Shown: positions 1-7,908 of the stretch, piece after piece
Numbering within the stretch: position 1 is the stretch's first letter
How the letters are laid out: the number at the start of each line of letters is the position of its first letter
Assembly: GCA_050694015.1 (NCBI GenBank)
Contig: JBOGWY010000297.1
Location: forward strand, 1-38,412
Origin: Actinomycetota bacterium
GTDB lineage: Bacteria > Actinomycetota > CADDZG01 > WHSQ01
Length of the DNA: 38,412 nt
Reading direction: 5' to 3'
Notes under the pieces: model-generated
What the model was told of the DNA's origin: nothing
Database searches by the model: none
The model's input: only the letters and a program-made list of their open reading frames with translations
Made by a program: the position numbers and the translations under genes

Positions 1-500
1 GTATCAAGACGGGCATCGCGGTGTTGACCGACAACCCTCGTGAGGTCGGCGCGGACCGCATCGCGAACGCGGTAGCGGCGCACGCGATGTACGAGGGCGA
101 GGCGATCGTGATCGTCGACTTCGGAACCGCGATCACCGTCGACGCCGTGTCGGCCAACGGCGAATACCTCGGTGGCGCGATAGCGCCCGGCATCGACACC
201 GCCGCGACCGCTCTGTTCTCATCGACGGCGCAGATCAAGCGGGTCGAGTTGGTGGCGCCCCCGGACGTGATCGGGAAGAGCACGGTGATGGCCGTGCAGT
301 CCGGGATCATCTACGGCACCGCGGCGATGGTCGACGGCCTCGTCGGTTCCGTGATGAAGGAGTTGGGGGGTGACGCCCGGGTCGTGGCGACCGGGGGGCT
401 GGGCCCGACCGTGATCCAGCACTGTCACCGCATCGAGACGTTTGAGCCGATGCTTACGCTGCGGGGCCTGAAGATCATCTTCGAGAGGAACGTCCCATAG
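1..500 (+). CDS. coaX: Type III pantothenate kinase (CoaX), C-terminal part; 5' end lies outside the window
   Basis: Frame open from the window edge. Translation (IVDFGTAITVDAVS...GGAIAPG...VVATGG...) matches the CoaX/Bvg accessory factor family. TAG at 498-500. Conserved position upstream of lysS. Confidence 0.85.
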   Translation, partial: IKTGIAVLTDNPREVGADRIANAVAAHAMYEGEAIVIVDFGTAITVDAVSANGEYLGGAIAPGIDTAATALFSSTAQIKRVELVAPPDVIGKSTVMAVQSGIIYGTAAMVDGLVGSVMKELGGDARVVATGGLGPTVIQHCHRIETFEPMLTLRGLKIIFERNVP

Positions 501-598
501 CCAGCCACTACCCGTACCGGTACGAGCGCACGGCGACCATCTCGGAACTCCAAGAACGTTACGAGCAGCTCGAGGCGGGAACTGAGACCGGGAACCAG

Positions 599-1918
599 GT
601 GCGCGTCGCCGGACGTCTTATGACCATCAGATCCCAGGGGAAGGTCGCGTTCGCCGATCTACAAGACGCCACCGGGCGCATCCAACTCTTCGCGCAGCAA
701 GCCGTCCTCGGAGACGACGGGATGAAGTCGTTCACCGACCTCGGAGTGGGCGACATCGTGGGGGCCGAGGGCGAGGTGATGCGAACCCGCCGCGGCGAGC
801 TGTCCGTCAGAGTCGCGGATGTAACGCTGCTGGCGGAGTGCCTGCGTCCGATGCCGGACAACTGGCACGGCGTGACCGACGTCGAAGCGCGGTATCGCCA
901 GCGCTACCTCGATCTGCTGTTCAACGAGGCGCCGCAACGCGCGCTCCGGGCCCGGGCCGCGGCCAACGCCGCGATCCGGCGCTTCTTCGACGAGCGAGGC
1001 TTCATCGAGGTCGAGACGCCTCTGTTCCAACCGATAGCGGGAGGAGCGGTGGCGCGACCGTTCGTCACCCACCACAACACCCTCGATATCGATCTGTACT
1101 TAAGGATCGCTCCCGAGCTGTACCTGAAGCGTCTATTGATCGGCGGCCTCGAGCGCGTCTACGAGCTCAACCGGAGCTTCCGGAACGAAGGTCTGTCGAC
1201 GCGCCATCAGGCAGAGTTCACGATGCTCGAGGCCTACGAGGCCTACGTCGACTACAACGACACGATGACTCTGGTCGAAGAGCTCGTGCGTGAGATCGCG
1301 CGCGCCGTCAACGGCACCACCGCGGTCGATTACGACGGCCGCAACGTAGACCTCGAGAAACCGTTCAAGCGGATGACGATGTTCGAGGTGATCGTCGAAG
1401 CGACGGGACGCGACCTCACCGATCTGTGGTCGCAACAGGACATCGGTGCGTTGCAGGCGGCGGCACGCGATCTCGACGTGCGGATCGATCCGAAGTGGCC
1501 GATCGGCAAGCTGATGATGGAGATCTTCGAGCAAACGACCGAGAAGCAACTCGTCGAGCCCACCTACGTCGCCGGCATGCCCAAAGACGTCTCTCCTCTC
1601 GCGAAGGACCACCGGAGCATCCCGGGGTTCACGGAGCACGCCGATCTCGTGATCTGTGGGGTCGAGCTTGCTCCGGTGTACTCGGAGCTGAACGATCCCG
1701 AGGAGCAACGGCGTCGACTCGAACAACAAGCGCGCGCCCGTGCCGCCGGCGACGAGGAGGCCCACCTCCAGGACGAGGATTTCCTCACCGCGCTCAGTTA
1801 CGGCATGCCTCCCGCGGGCGGGTTCGGCCTCGGTCTCGATCGTCTCCTCGTGTTGCTGCTCGGCGAGACGACGTGGAGAGAGGTCGTGTTGTTCCCCACG
1901 CTCAAGCCGGAGGCATAG
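599..1918 (+). CDS. lysS: Lysine--tRNA ligase, class II (LysS). Coordinates run from the first canonical start (GTG 599), but LysRS-like sequence continues upstream in frame to about 503 (see findings).
   Basis: OB-fold N-domain (VAGRLMTIRSQGKVAFADLQD) plus class II catalytic motifs (FRNEG..., GGFGLGLDRLLVLL). TAG at 1916-1918. Confidence 0.9.
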   Translation: MRVAGRLMTIRSQGKVAFADLQDATGRIQLFAQQAVLGDDGMKSFTDLGVGDIVGAEGEVMRTRRGELSVRVADVTLLAECLRPMPDNWHGVTDVEARYRQRYLDLLFNEAPQRALRARAAANAAIRRFFDERGFIEVETPLFQPIAGGAVARPFVTHHNTLDIDLYLRIAPELYLKRLLIGGLERVYELNRSFRNEGLSTRHQAEFTMLEAYEAYVDYNDTMTLVEELVREIARAVNGTTAVDYDGRNVDLEKPFKRMTMFEVIVEATGRDLTDLWSQQDIGALQAAARDLDVRIDPKWPIGKLMMEIFEQTTEKQLVEPTYVAGMPKDVSPLAKDHRSIPGFTEHADLVICGVELAPVYSELNDPEEQRRRLEQQARARAAGDEEAHLQDEDFLTALSYGMPPAGGFGLGLDRLLVLLLGETTWREVVLFPTLKPEA

Positions 1919-3330
1919 CAACGCGTCGCGCTACAGCCCTCGGGCTGGCCGTCGCCGTCGCGGTCGGCGTTGCGTGTCAACCCGACGAGCCCCGTCCGCT
2001 GCGACCCGAGGTTCCGGTCGCAAGCGCTACGAGTACCAAGACCAGGGTCATAGGGCTCGTCGCCTCGATGACGGGCGAGAACTCGTGGCGCGGCGATGAA
2101 GCGTACGAGGGCGCGAGCGCGGCGATACAGGTTCTGAACCGATCGCTCGAGGACAACGAACCTCGTTTCGAGCTGGTCACGCGCGATGACGGGGGCGACC
2201 CGGAGCAGGCGCGTGCTCTGATCGAAGAGTTCGCGGGTTCGGTGCAGACGGTGGGGTTGCTGTTCGCGGGGCCCCCGCAGGTCCTACCGCAAGCAGAGAA
2301 CACACTCGCCGCCGCGCGCATCCCGGCTCTCTTGACCGCCGGTGATCTCTACAGCGCGCAGCTGCTGACGCCACATGTGTTCCAGGTCAGTCCGCCCTAC
2401 CTGTGGCAGGCGCGGTCGATCGCGCGCTACCTGTTGCTCGACCGGGGTTATCGACGGATAGGGCTCGTCTCCGAGGACGCGATCTCGGGTGAGGCGGCGC
2501 GCCGCTCACTGACGACGGCACTGTCCGAGCTGGGAGGCCGCCTGGCCACCTCGAGCTTGTTCCCGACGGAGCAGGGGGGCATCCAACCCGCCTTGCGACC
2601 CATGGAACGACGTCGTGTCCAGGCCGTGGTGGTCCAGGGACCGCCCGCGACGTTCGAGCAGGTCCTGGACCACCAGCGCAACACGGGGGCGCGGTACGCG
2701 TCGACGCGCGCCGCCGCGAGGAGGCGCGCTCGGTGGGCGCCCCAGATCGTCGGCTTCGACGCCGCCATCAGTCCCGACATCGACAGGAGCCTCCTGACGC
2801 CGGGGACCGTTGCCAGCGACTCCTATGCCCGCGGCGCCTATTACCTGCCGATCCCGAGCTTCGTCCGCTTCCGGGATCGGTTCGCCGCATGGTGGGACTC
2901 GCCTCCCCTCGGCAACGAACGGCGCGCCTACGAGGCCGTGCAGATGATCGGCTGGGCCGCGCGTCGGATCCCGACTGGGAGGAACACCGATGTGGCGACC
3001 GTGCTGGAGAAGCTCCGCGACGAACGGCTCGGCGGTCTGCCGGTCACCTTCGGCCCCGACGATCACACCTCGGTGGACCAGACCTCGGTCGGCCTGTGGG
3101 TCATCCCGCGGCTCGGGATCGACGTGCGTGAAGCGGGGTCCGCCCGCGCCGGCTTGTTGCCGTGGGTTCCGTTGCACCGCGGCTTCTCGATCGACGGCGA
3201 GCGGACCAGCATCTTCCCGGAGGACTGGAAGTGGATGTTCCGCAACGCGCCGCCGAAGAACGGCCCCGCCCCCAAGATCCCCACGGCCAGATTCGGGGTC
3301 ACCACCGGCCGCCGCGACCCGGTCCATTAG
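1873..3330 (+). CDS. Periplasmic-binding-protein type 1 (LivK/branched-chain amino acid binding-like) putative lipoprotein, solitary (no permease or ATPase nearby)
   Basis: The long ORF 1426-3330 overlaps lysS, so the plausible start is GTG 1873. Signal-like TRRATALGLAVAVAVGVAC with Cys, then an SBP-like body (VIGLVASMTG...EAYEGA...LVTRDDGGDP...VGLLFAGP). The start is uncertain. Confidence 0.6.
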   Translation: MERGRVVPHAQAGGIATRRATALGLAVAVAVGVACQPDEPRPLRPEVPVASATSTKTRVIGLVASMTGENSWRGDEAYEGASAAIQVLNRSLEDNEPRFELVTRDDGGDPEQARALIEEFAGSVQTVGLLFAGPPQVLPQAENTLAAARIPALLTAGDLYSAQLLTPHVFQVSPPYLWQARSIARYLLLDRGYRRIGLVSEDAISGEAARRSLTTALSELGGRLATSSLFPTEQGGIQPALRPMERRRVQAVVVQGPPATFEQVLDHQRNTGARYASTRAAARRRARWAPQIVGFDAAISPDIDRSLLTPGTVASDSYARGAYYLPIPSFVRFRDRFAAWWDSPPLGNERRAYEAVQMIGWAARRIPTGRNTDVATVLEKLRDERLGGLPVTFGPDDHTSVDQTSVGLWVIPRLGIDVREAGSARAGLLPWVPLHRGFSIDGERTSIFPEDWKWMFRNAPPKNGPAPKIPTARFGVTTGRRDPVH

Positions 3331-3549
3331 GTAGCTCGCCCCGCTTCACGAGGGAACAATTCCCACTTACTTGGGGTCTTTACTGTGCCGATGCTCTGAA
3401 GAGAGCTTCGGGGGAACGAAAAGGGGTACCCGAGCGTTCTTAGGTAGCAAGGCAGTAACTGGGGGTAAGAGATACGCCTCCATATAATCGAAACAGCCAT
3501 CCGGGGCGGGTCACACCTCGCACCGGAACGACGACGAAGGAGGGCCTAG

Positions 3550-6075
3550 GTGTTCGAAAGGTTTACCGACCGGGCCCGCAGGGTGGTCGTCCTCGCCCAG
3601 GAAGAGGCGAGGCTCCTCAACCACAACTACATCGGTACCGAGCACATCCTGCTCGGTCTGATCCATGAAGGCGAGGGCGTCGCCGCCAAGGCGCTCGAAT
3701 CACTGGGCATCTCGCTCGAGAAGGTGCGCCAGCAGGTTGAAGAGATCATCGGTGCGGGTCAGTCCCCGCCATCGGGGCACATCCCGTTCACTCCGCGAGC
3801 CAAGAAAGTCCTCGAGCTGTCGTTGCGCGAAGCACTGCAGCTCGGCCACAACTACATCGGTACCGAGCACATCCTGCTCGGCCTCATCCGCGAGGGCGAA
3901 GGTGTCGCCGCGCAGGTGCTGGTCAAGCTGGGCGCCGACCTCGGTCGCGTGCGCCAGCAGGTCATCCAGCTCCTCTCCGGCTACTCCGGCGCGAAGGAAT
4001 CTCCGGGTGGCGGCGGGGCCGAGGCTCCGTCCGGCTCGCTGGTCCTCGACCAGTTCGGTCGCAACCTGACGCAGCTCGCACGCGAGAACACCCTCGACCC
4101 GGTGATCGGGCGCGAGAAGGAGATCGAGCGTGTGATGCAGGTCCTGTCGCGGCGCACGAAGAACAACCCGGTCCTCATCGGCGAGCCCGGCGTCGGCAAG
4201 ACGGCGATCGTCGAGGGCCTCGCGCAGGCGATCGTGAAGGGCGAGGTGCCCGAGACGATCACCGGCAAGCAGCTCTACACCCTCGACCTCGGTGCCTTGG
4301 TTGCCGGCTCCCGGTACCGCGGTGATTTCGAGGAGCGCCTCAAGAAGGTCCTCAAGGAGATCAAGACGCGCGGCGACATCATCCTGTTCATCGACGAGCT
4401 GCACACGCTCGTCGGCGCCGGTGCCGCGGAAGGCGCGATCGACGCCGCGAGCATCCTCAAGCCGATGCTGGCGCGCGGCGAGCTGCAGACGATCGGTGCG
4501 ACGACGCTCGACGAGTACCGCAAGCACCTCGAGAAGGACGCGGCCCTCGAGCGCCGGTTCCAGCCGATCAAGGTTCCGGAGCCGACCGTCGCTCACACGA
4601 TCGACATCCTCAAGGGACTGCGCGATCGCTACGAGGCACACCACCGCGTGCAGATCACCGACCAGGGGCTGGTCGCCGCGGCGAACCTTGCCGACCGCTA
4701 CATCTCGGACCGCTATCTGCCGGACAAGGCGATCGACCTCATCGACGAGGCGGGCTCGCGTCTCCGTATCCGTCGCATGAGCGCGCCGCCCGATTACCGC
4801 GAGCTCGAAGAGCGCATCTCCGACGTGCGTCGCAAGAAGGAAGAGGCCATCGAGGCACAGGACTTCGAGCGGGCAGCGTCGTTCCGCGACGAGGAGAAGC
4901 GACTGACCGCCGAGCGCGACGCCCGTGAGGACGAGTGGCGCGCGGCCGAGGGCTCGACCTTCGCCGAGGTGAACGAAGAGGAGATCGCCGAGGTCCTGTC
5001 TAGCTGGACCGGCATCCCCGTCACGTCGCTCACCGAGGAAGAGACCGCGAAGCTGCTGCGCATGGAGGACGAGCTCCACAAGCGCATCGTGGGTCAGCAG
5101 GACGCGATCGGTGCGGTGTCTCGCTCGATCCGTCGTACGCGTGCTGGTCTTAAGGACCCGAAACGTCCCGCAGGTTCGTTCATCTTCCTGGGCCCGTCCG
5201 GTGTCGGTAAAACCGAGACCGCGAAGACCCTTGCCGAGTTCCTTTTCGGTGACGAGGACGCGCTGATCCAGCTCGACATGTCCGAGTACATGGAGAAGCA
5301 CACGGTCAGCCGTCTGGTCGGCTCGCCTCCGGGCTACGTCGGCTACGAAGAGGGTGGCCAGCTCACCGAGGCCGTGCGGCGTCGTCCTTACTCGGTCGTC
5401 CTCCTGGACGAGATCGAGAAGGCGCACCCGGACGTCTTCAACACACTGCTGCAGATCCTCGAAGACGGACGTCTGACCGACGCGCAGGGCAAGACGGTGG
5501 ACTTCAAGAACACCGTGATCATCATGACGTCGAACCTCGGTACGCAGGGTCTCCGTAAGCCCGCCATGGGCTTCGGCCAGGCCACCGGCGACCTGACCTA
5601 CGAGAAGATGAAGGAGCGTGTGCAGGAAGAGCTGAAGCGTGGCTTCCGGCCCGAGTTCCTGAACCGCATCGACGAGGTCATCGTGTTCCACGAGCTCAGC
5701 CGGGACGAGGTCAAGAACATCGTCGACCTGATGATCCGCAGGGTGGCCGAGCAGCTCGAGAGCCAGGACGTCGGCATCGAGCTGACCGATGCGGCGAAGA
5801 ACCACCTCGCTGCGGTCGGTTACGACCCGTCGCTCGGTGCACGGCCTCTGCGGCGCGCGATCCAGCGCCTCGTCGAGGACCCGCTGTCCGAGAAGATCCT
5901 GTGGAAGGAGTTCGACGCCGGCGAGCTGATCATCGTCGATCTCGGCAAGGACGAGGTGGGCGAGGACAAGATCGTCTTCAAGAAGGTGAGCCGTGCTCCC
6001 GACGCACCTCCGGTCGAGGTCGAACTCGCAGGAGTAGGCGACGGCGAAGGCGAAGCGCCCGCAGCCAACGAGTAG
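3550..6075 (+). CDS. clpC: ATP-dependent Clp protease ATP-binding subunit ClpC (ClpC1-type AAA+ chaperone)
   Basis: [21 protein letters not shown]..., two Clp_N repeats, two Walker A motifs ([16 protein letters not shown]), a UVR-like linker. SD GAAGGAGG lies 5 nt upstream of GTG 3550. Confidence 0.96.
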   Translation: MFERFTDRARRVVVLAQEEARLLNHNYIGTEHILLGLIHEGEGVAAKALESLGISLEKVRQQVEEIIGAGQSPPSGHIPFTPRAKKVLELSLREALQLGHNYIGTEHILLGLIREGEGVAAQVLVKLGADLGRVRQQVIQLLSGYSGAKESPGGGGAEAPSGSLVLDQFGRNLTQLARENTLDPVIGREKEIERVMQVLSRRTKNNPVLIGEPGVGKTAIVEGLAQAIVKGEVPETITGKQLYTLDLGALVAGSRYRGDFEERLKKVLKEIKTRGDIILFIDELHTLVGAGAAEGAIDAASILKPMLARGELQTIGATTLDEYRKHLEKDAALERRFQPIKVPEPTVAHTIDILKGLRDRYEAHHRVQITDQGLVAAANLADRYISDRYLPDKAIDLIDEAGSRLRIRRMSAPPDYRELEERISDVRRKKEEAIEAQDFERAASFRDEEKRLTAERDAREDEWRAAEGSTFAEVNEEEIAEVLSSWTGIPVTSLTEEETAKLLRMEDELHKRIVGQQDAIGAVSRSIRRTRAGLKDPKRPAGSFIFLGPSGVGKTETAKTLAEFLFGDEDALIQLDMSEYMEKHTVSRLVGSPPGYVGYEEGGQLTEAVRRRPYSVVLLDEIEKAHPDVFNTLLQILEDGRLTDAQGKTVDFKNTVIIMTSNLGTQGLRKPAMGFGQATGDLTYEKMKERVQEELKRGFRPEFLNRIDEVIVFHELSRDEVKNIVDLMIRRVAEQLESQDVGIELTDAAKNHLAAVGYDPSLGARPLRRAIQRLVEDPLSEKILWKEFDAGELIIVDLGKDEVGEDKIVFKKVSRAPDAPPVEVELAGVGDGEGEAPAANE
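3621..3881 (+). repeat. 36-nt perfect direct repeat (3621-3656 and 3846-3881) inside clpC, encoding the [12 protein letters not shown] core of the two Clp_N repeats
   Basis: The string ccacaactacatcggtaccgagcacatcctgctcgg reads identically at both positions. Confidence 0.9.
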
Positions 6076-6135
6076 GTAACAAACTGTTTTGTGAGCACAT
6101 AGCCGCGTTTTCACGGCTGTAGTAGCAGAACAAAA

Positions 6136-6166
6136 GGGCCCGGTCGCAAGACCGGGCCCTTCTCTT
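6136..6166 (+). terminator. Intrinsic terminator downstream of clpC
   Basis: 10-bp perfect GC-rich stem gggcccggtc / gaccgggccc with loop gcaa, followed by ttctctt. Confidence 0.7.
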
Positions 6167-6280
6167 CCCCGGATTTCGCTCTCAGAGCGTGTCGATAAGA
6201 ACGCTCTCGGTCGGTTCCTACGGTCCCTTCTAGTCTGAATTTCCCCGCGTATTGCGCGGAAAAAGACGACTAGAAGGAAG

Positions 6281-6952
6281 TTAGTCGGGGAGTTTCGACT
6301 CTAGGCCCGCGATGATCACGTCTAGCGCGAATTCGAATTCCTTGTCGTGGTCGGCCGTCGCCATGTGCGGCGCGACCTCCATGAGGCGAGGGAACTCCTC
6401 CGGGCTCAGAGCGTCGGGCGTCAGCTGTCCCTCTCCTCTGACCTCGCCGAAGAACGCGCCGCTCTCGGCGAGGGAGTAACCCGTGGTGAATGCCGCGATC
6501 GTGCGGAAGGCATAGAGCGAGGTCTCCGGGTCGAACCCGGCCTTCTTGAAGACCTCGAACGCGAACTCGACGGGACGCAACGATGCGATCGTGTTGAACG
6601 GCCGCGTCGCGACGAGCGCCACGGCATTGGGGTGCCTGAGGCCGACGCTCCGGCTCGACCGCGACGATTCCCGGAACAATTCCTTCCAGTCGGTGATGTC
6701 GTCGGGAAGTTCGATCTCACTAAGGACGAGCTCGACGACCCCATCGAGCACGGCGGCCTTGTTGGGCACGTAGTTATAGAGCGACATCGCCTCGACGCCG
6801 AGTTCGGCCCCCAGGCGGCGCATGCTGAGGTTCTCGACGCCCTCGCGGTCGACGATCGCCAACGCCGCCCGTAGGACCCGCTCGCGCGACAGCGGCTCTC
6901 GGGCATCCGGCGTCCCCTTCGCCGGGCCCGCGGGCTCCGGAGGTCTACTCAT
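6281..6952 (-). CDS. TetR/AcrR family transcriptional regulator
   Basis: N-terminal HTH (RVLRAALAIVDREGVENLSMRRLGAELGVEAMSLYNYVPNKAAVL) and a TetR-type C-terminal domain. Divergent from the ABC exporter operon. Confidence 0.9.
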   Translation of the reverse strand: MSRPPEPAGPAKGTPDAREPLSRERVLRAALAIVDREGVENLSMRRLGAELGVEAMSLYNYVPNKAAVLDGVVELVLSEIELPDDITDWKELFRESSRSSRSVGLRHPNAVALVATRPFNTIASLRPVEFAFEVFKKAGFDPETSLYAFRTIAAFTTGYSLAESGAFFGEVRGEGQLTPDALSPEEFPRLMEVAPHMATADHDKEFEFALDVIIAGLESKLPD

Positions 6953-7022
6953 ATCTACTCATTCTGCCCGAATCGCCCACGAGTTAGCCCCGAAACGTCC
7001 TCGGAGATAACGCGGTTCCCAC

Positions 7023-7063
7023 TTGACAGCTTACGGCGTAATCGTGCGATTCTTACGGCGTAA
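7023..7063 (+). promoter_or_regulatory. Putative promoter/operator of the ABC exporter: TTGACA (7023-7028), TG-extended -10-like gtgcGATTCT (7044-7053) and two copies of the palindrome TTACGGCGTAA (7031-7041, 7053-7063)
   Basis: The exact 12-mer cttacggcgtaa occurs twice, 22 bp apart. Its core TACGnCGTA is self-complementary. It lies in the TetR/ABC divergent intergenic region. Confidence 0.55.
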
Positions 7064-7166
7064 GCCTCGCGCCCTCCGCTCCCTGTCCCCCCGGGGAGCG
7101 GAGGTAGCGCCCATCTTCTGTGTTCCGGTCCCCGGAAAGACCCGCGATGGTCCAATCTGTGCCTCC

Positions 7167-7907
7167 ATGGACGACGACGTAGCGACGCCCTCGGCCCCCA
7201 TCCTGACCGCTTCCGCCGTCCGCAAGCTTTATCGCACGGGGGCGGAGACGGTGGAAGCTCTTCGCGACCTCTCCGTCGACATCCAGCGCGGCGAGTTCCT
7301 CGCGGTCATGGGCCCGTCCGGTTCCGGCAAGACCACCTTCCTCAACTGTCTATCGGGGCTCGACGACATCGACGGTGGCACGGTCGTGATCGAGGGACGC
7401 GACATACACGCGTTGTCCGATCAAGATCGCACGCGCTACCGCGCCGAGAAGATGGGATTCATCTTCCAGGCCTTCAACCTGATCCCCGTGTTCACCTCGG
7501 TCGAGAACGTTGAACTGCCGCTGCTACTCGCCGGCGCCGGCCCATCGAAAGCGCGCCGGCGCGCCGAGGAGACCATGGAGCGCGTCGGCCTCGGCCATCG
7601 CAAGAACCACCGCCCGAACGAACTATCCGGTGGGGAACAGCAGCGCGTGACGATCGCTCGCGCTCTCGCCGGTGATCCCGCCATCGTCTGGGCGGACGAG
7701 CCTACCGGCAACCTCGACACCGAGACCGCAGGCCAGGTCATGGACCTGCTCCGCGAGTTGAACGGCGAAGGTCTGACGCTCGTGCTCGTCACGCACGACC
7801 CCGCGATCGGCGGGACTGCGAGTCGGCTCATCCGGATGCGGGACGGAACGATCGAATCGTCGGACGCGCGTCGAACCGGCATGTCGTCTCTACAGCAAGG
7901 GAACTGA
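7167..7907 (+). CDS. ABC transporter ATP-binding protein (MacB/LolD/FtsE-like)
   Basis: Walker A GPSGSGKTT, signature LSGGEQQRV, Walker B IVWADEPTGNLD. ATG 7167 is preferred over the longer ORF start at 7023, which would run through the operator region. Confidence 0.9.
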   Translation: MDDDVATPSAPILTASAVRKLYRTGAETVEALRDLSVDIQRGEFLAVMGPSGSGKTTFLNCLSGLDDIDGGTVVIEGRDIHALSDQDRTRYRAEKMGFIFQAFNLIPVFTSVENVELPLLLAGAGPSKARRRAEETMERVGLGHRKNHRPNELSGGEQQRVTIARALAGDPAIVWADEPTGNLDTETAGQVMDLLRELNGEGLTLVLVTHDPAIGGTASRLIRMRDGTIESSDARRTGMSSLQQGN

Positions 7908-7908
7908 C

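Noticed and set aside
446-500. Programmed -1 frameshift fusing CoaX to LysS
   Set aside because: The lysS frame is -1 relative to coaX and is open from 446, but I see no X-XXY-YYZ slippery heptamer or downstream pseudoknot in 446-497. A non-canonical start or a truncated N-terminus is more parsimonious.
1426-1872. 5' extension of the solute-binding-protein ORF back to 1426
   Set aside because: It overlaps the well-supported lysS coding region in another frame. The encoded segment is Arg/Gly/Pro-rich with no SBP similarity. The signal peptide and lipobox appear only after about 1873.
3331-3549. Looked for CtsR boxes (GGTCAAA direct repeat) or ClgR operators (CGC-N5-GCG) and a clear promoter upstream of clpC
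   Set aside because: Neither motif is recognisable. A TATAAT (3483-3488) exists, but I could not pair it with a credible -35, so no regulatory feature is claimed.
3700-6114. 804-aa ORF on the minus strand
   Set aside because: It is entirely antisense to the unambiguous clpC gene. The product is Arg/Leu/Asp/Val-rich and low in complexity, typical of shadow ORFs in high-GC DNA. The same reasoning applies to 1133-1921(-), 2506-3327(-), 9018-10478(+), 13979-15127(-), 17300-18766(-), 23604-24644(-), 28180-28788(-), 35610-36851(-) and the many shorter overlapping ORFs in the track.
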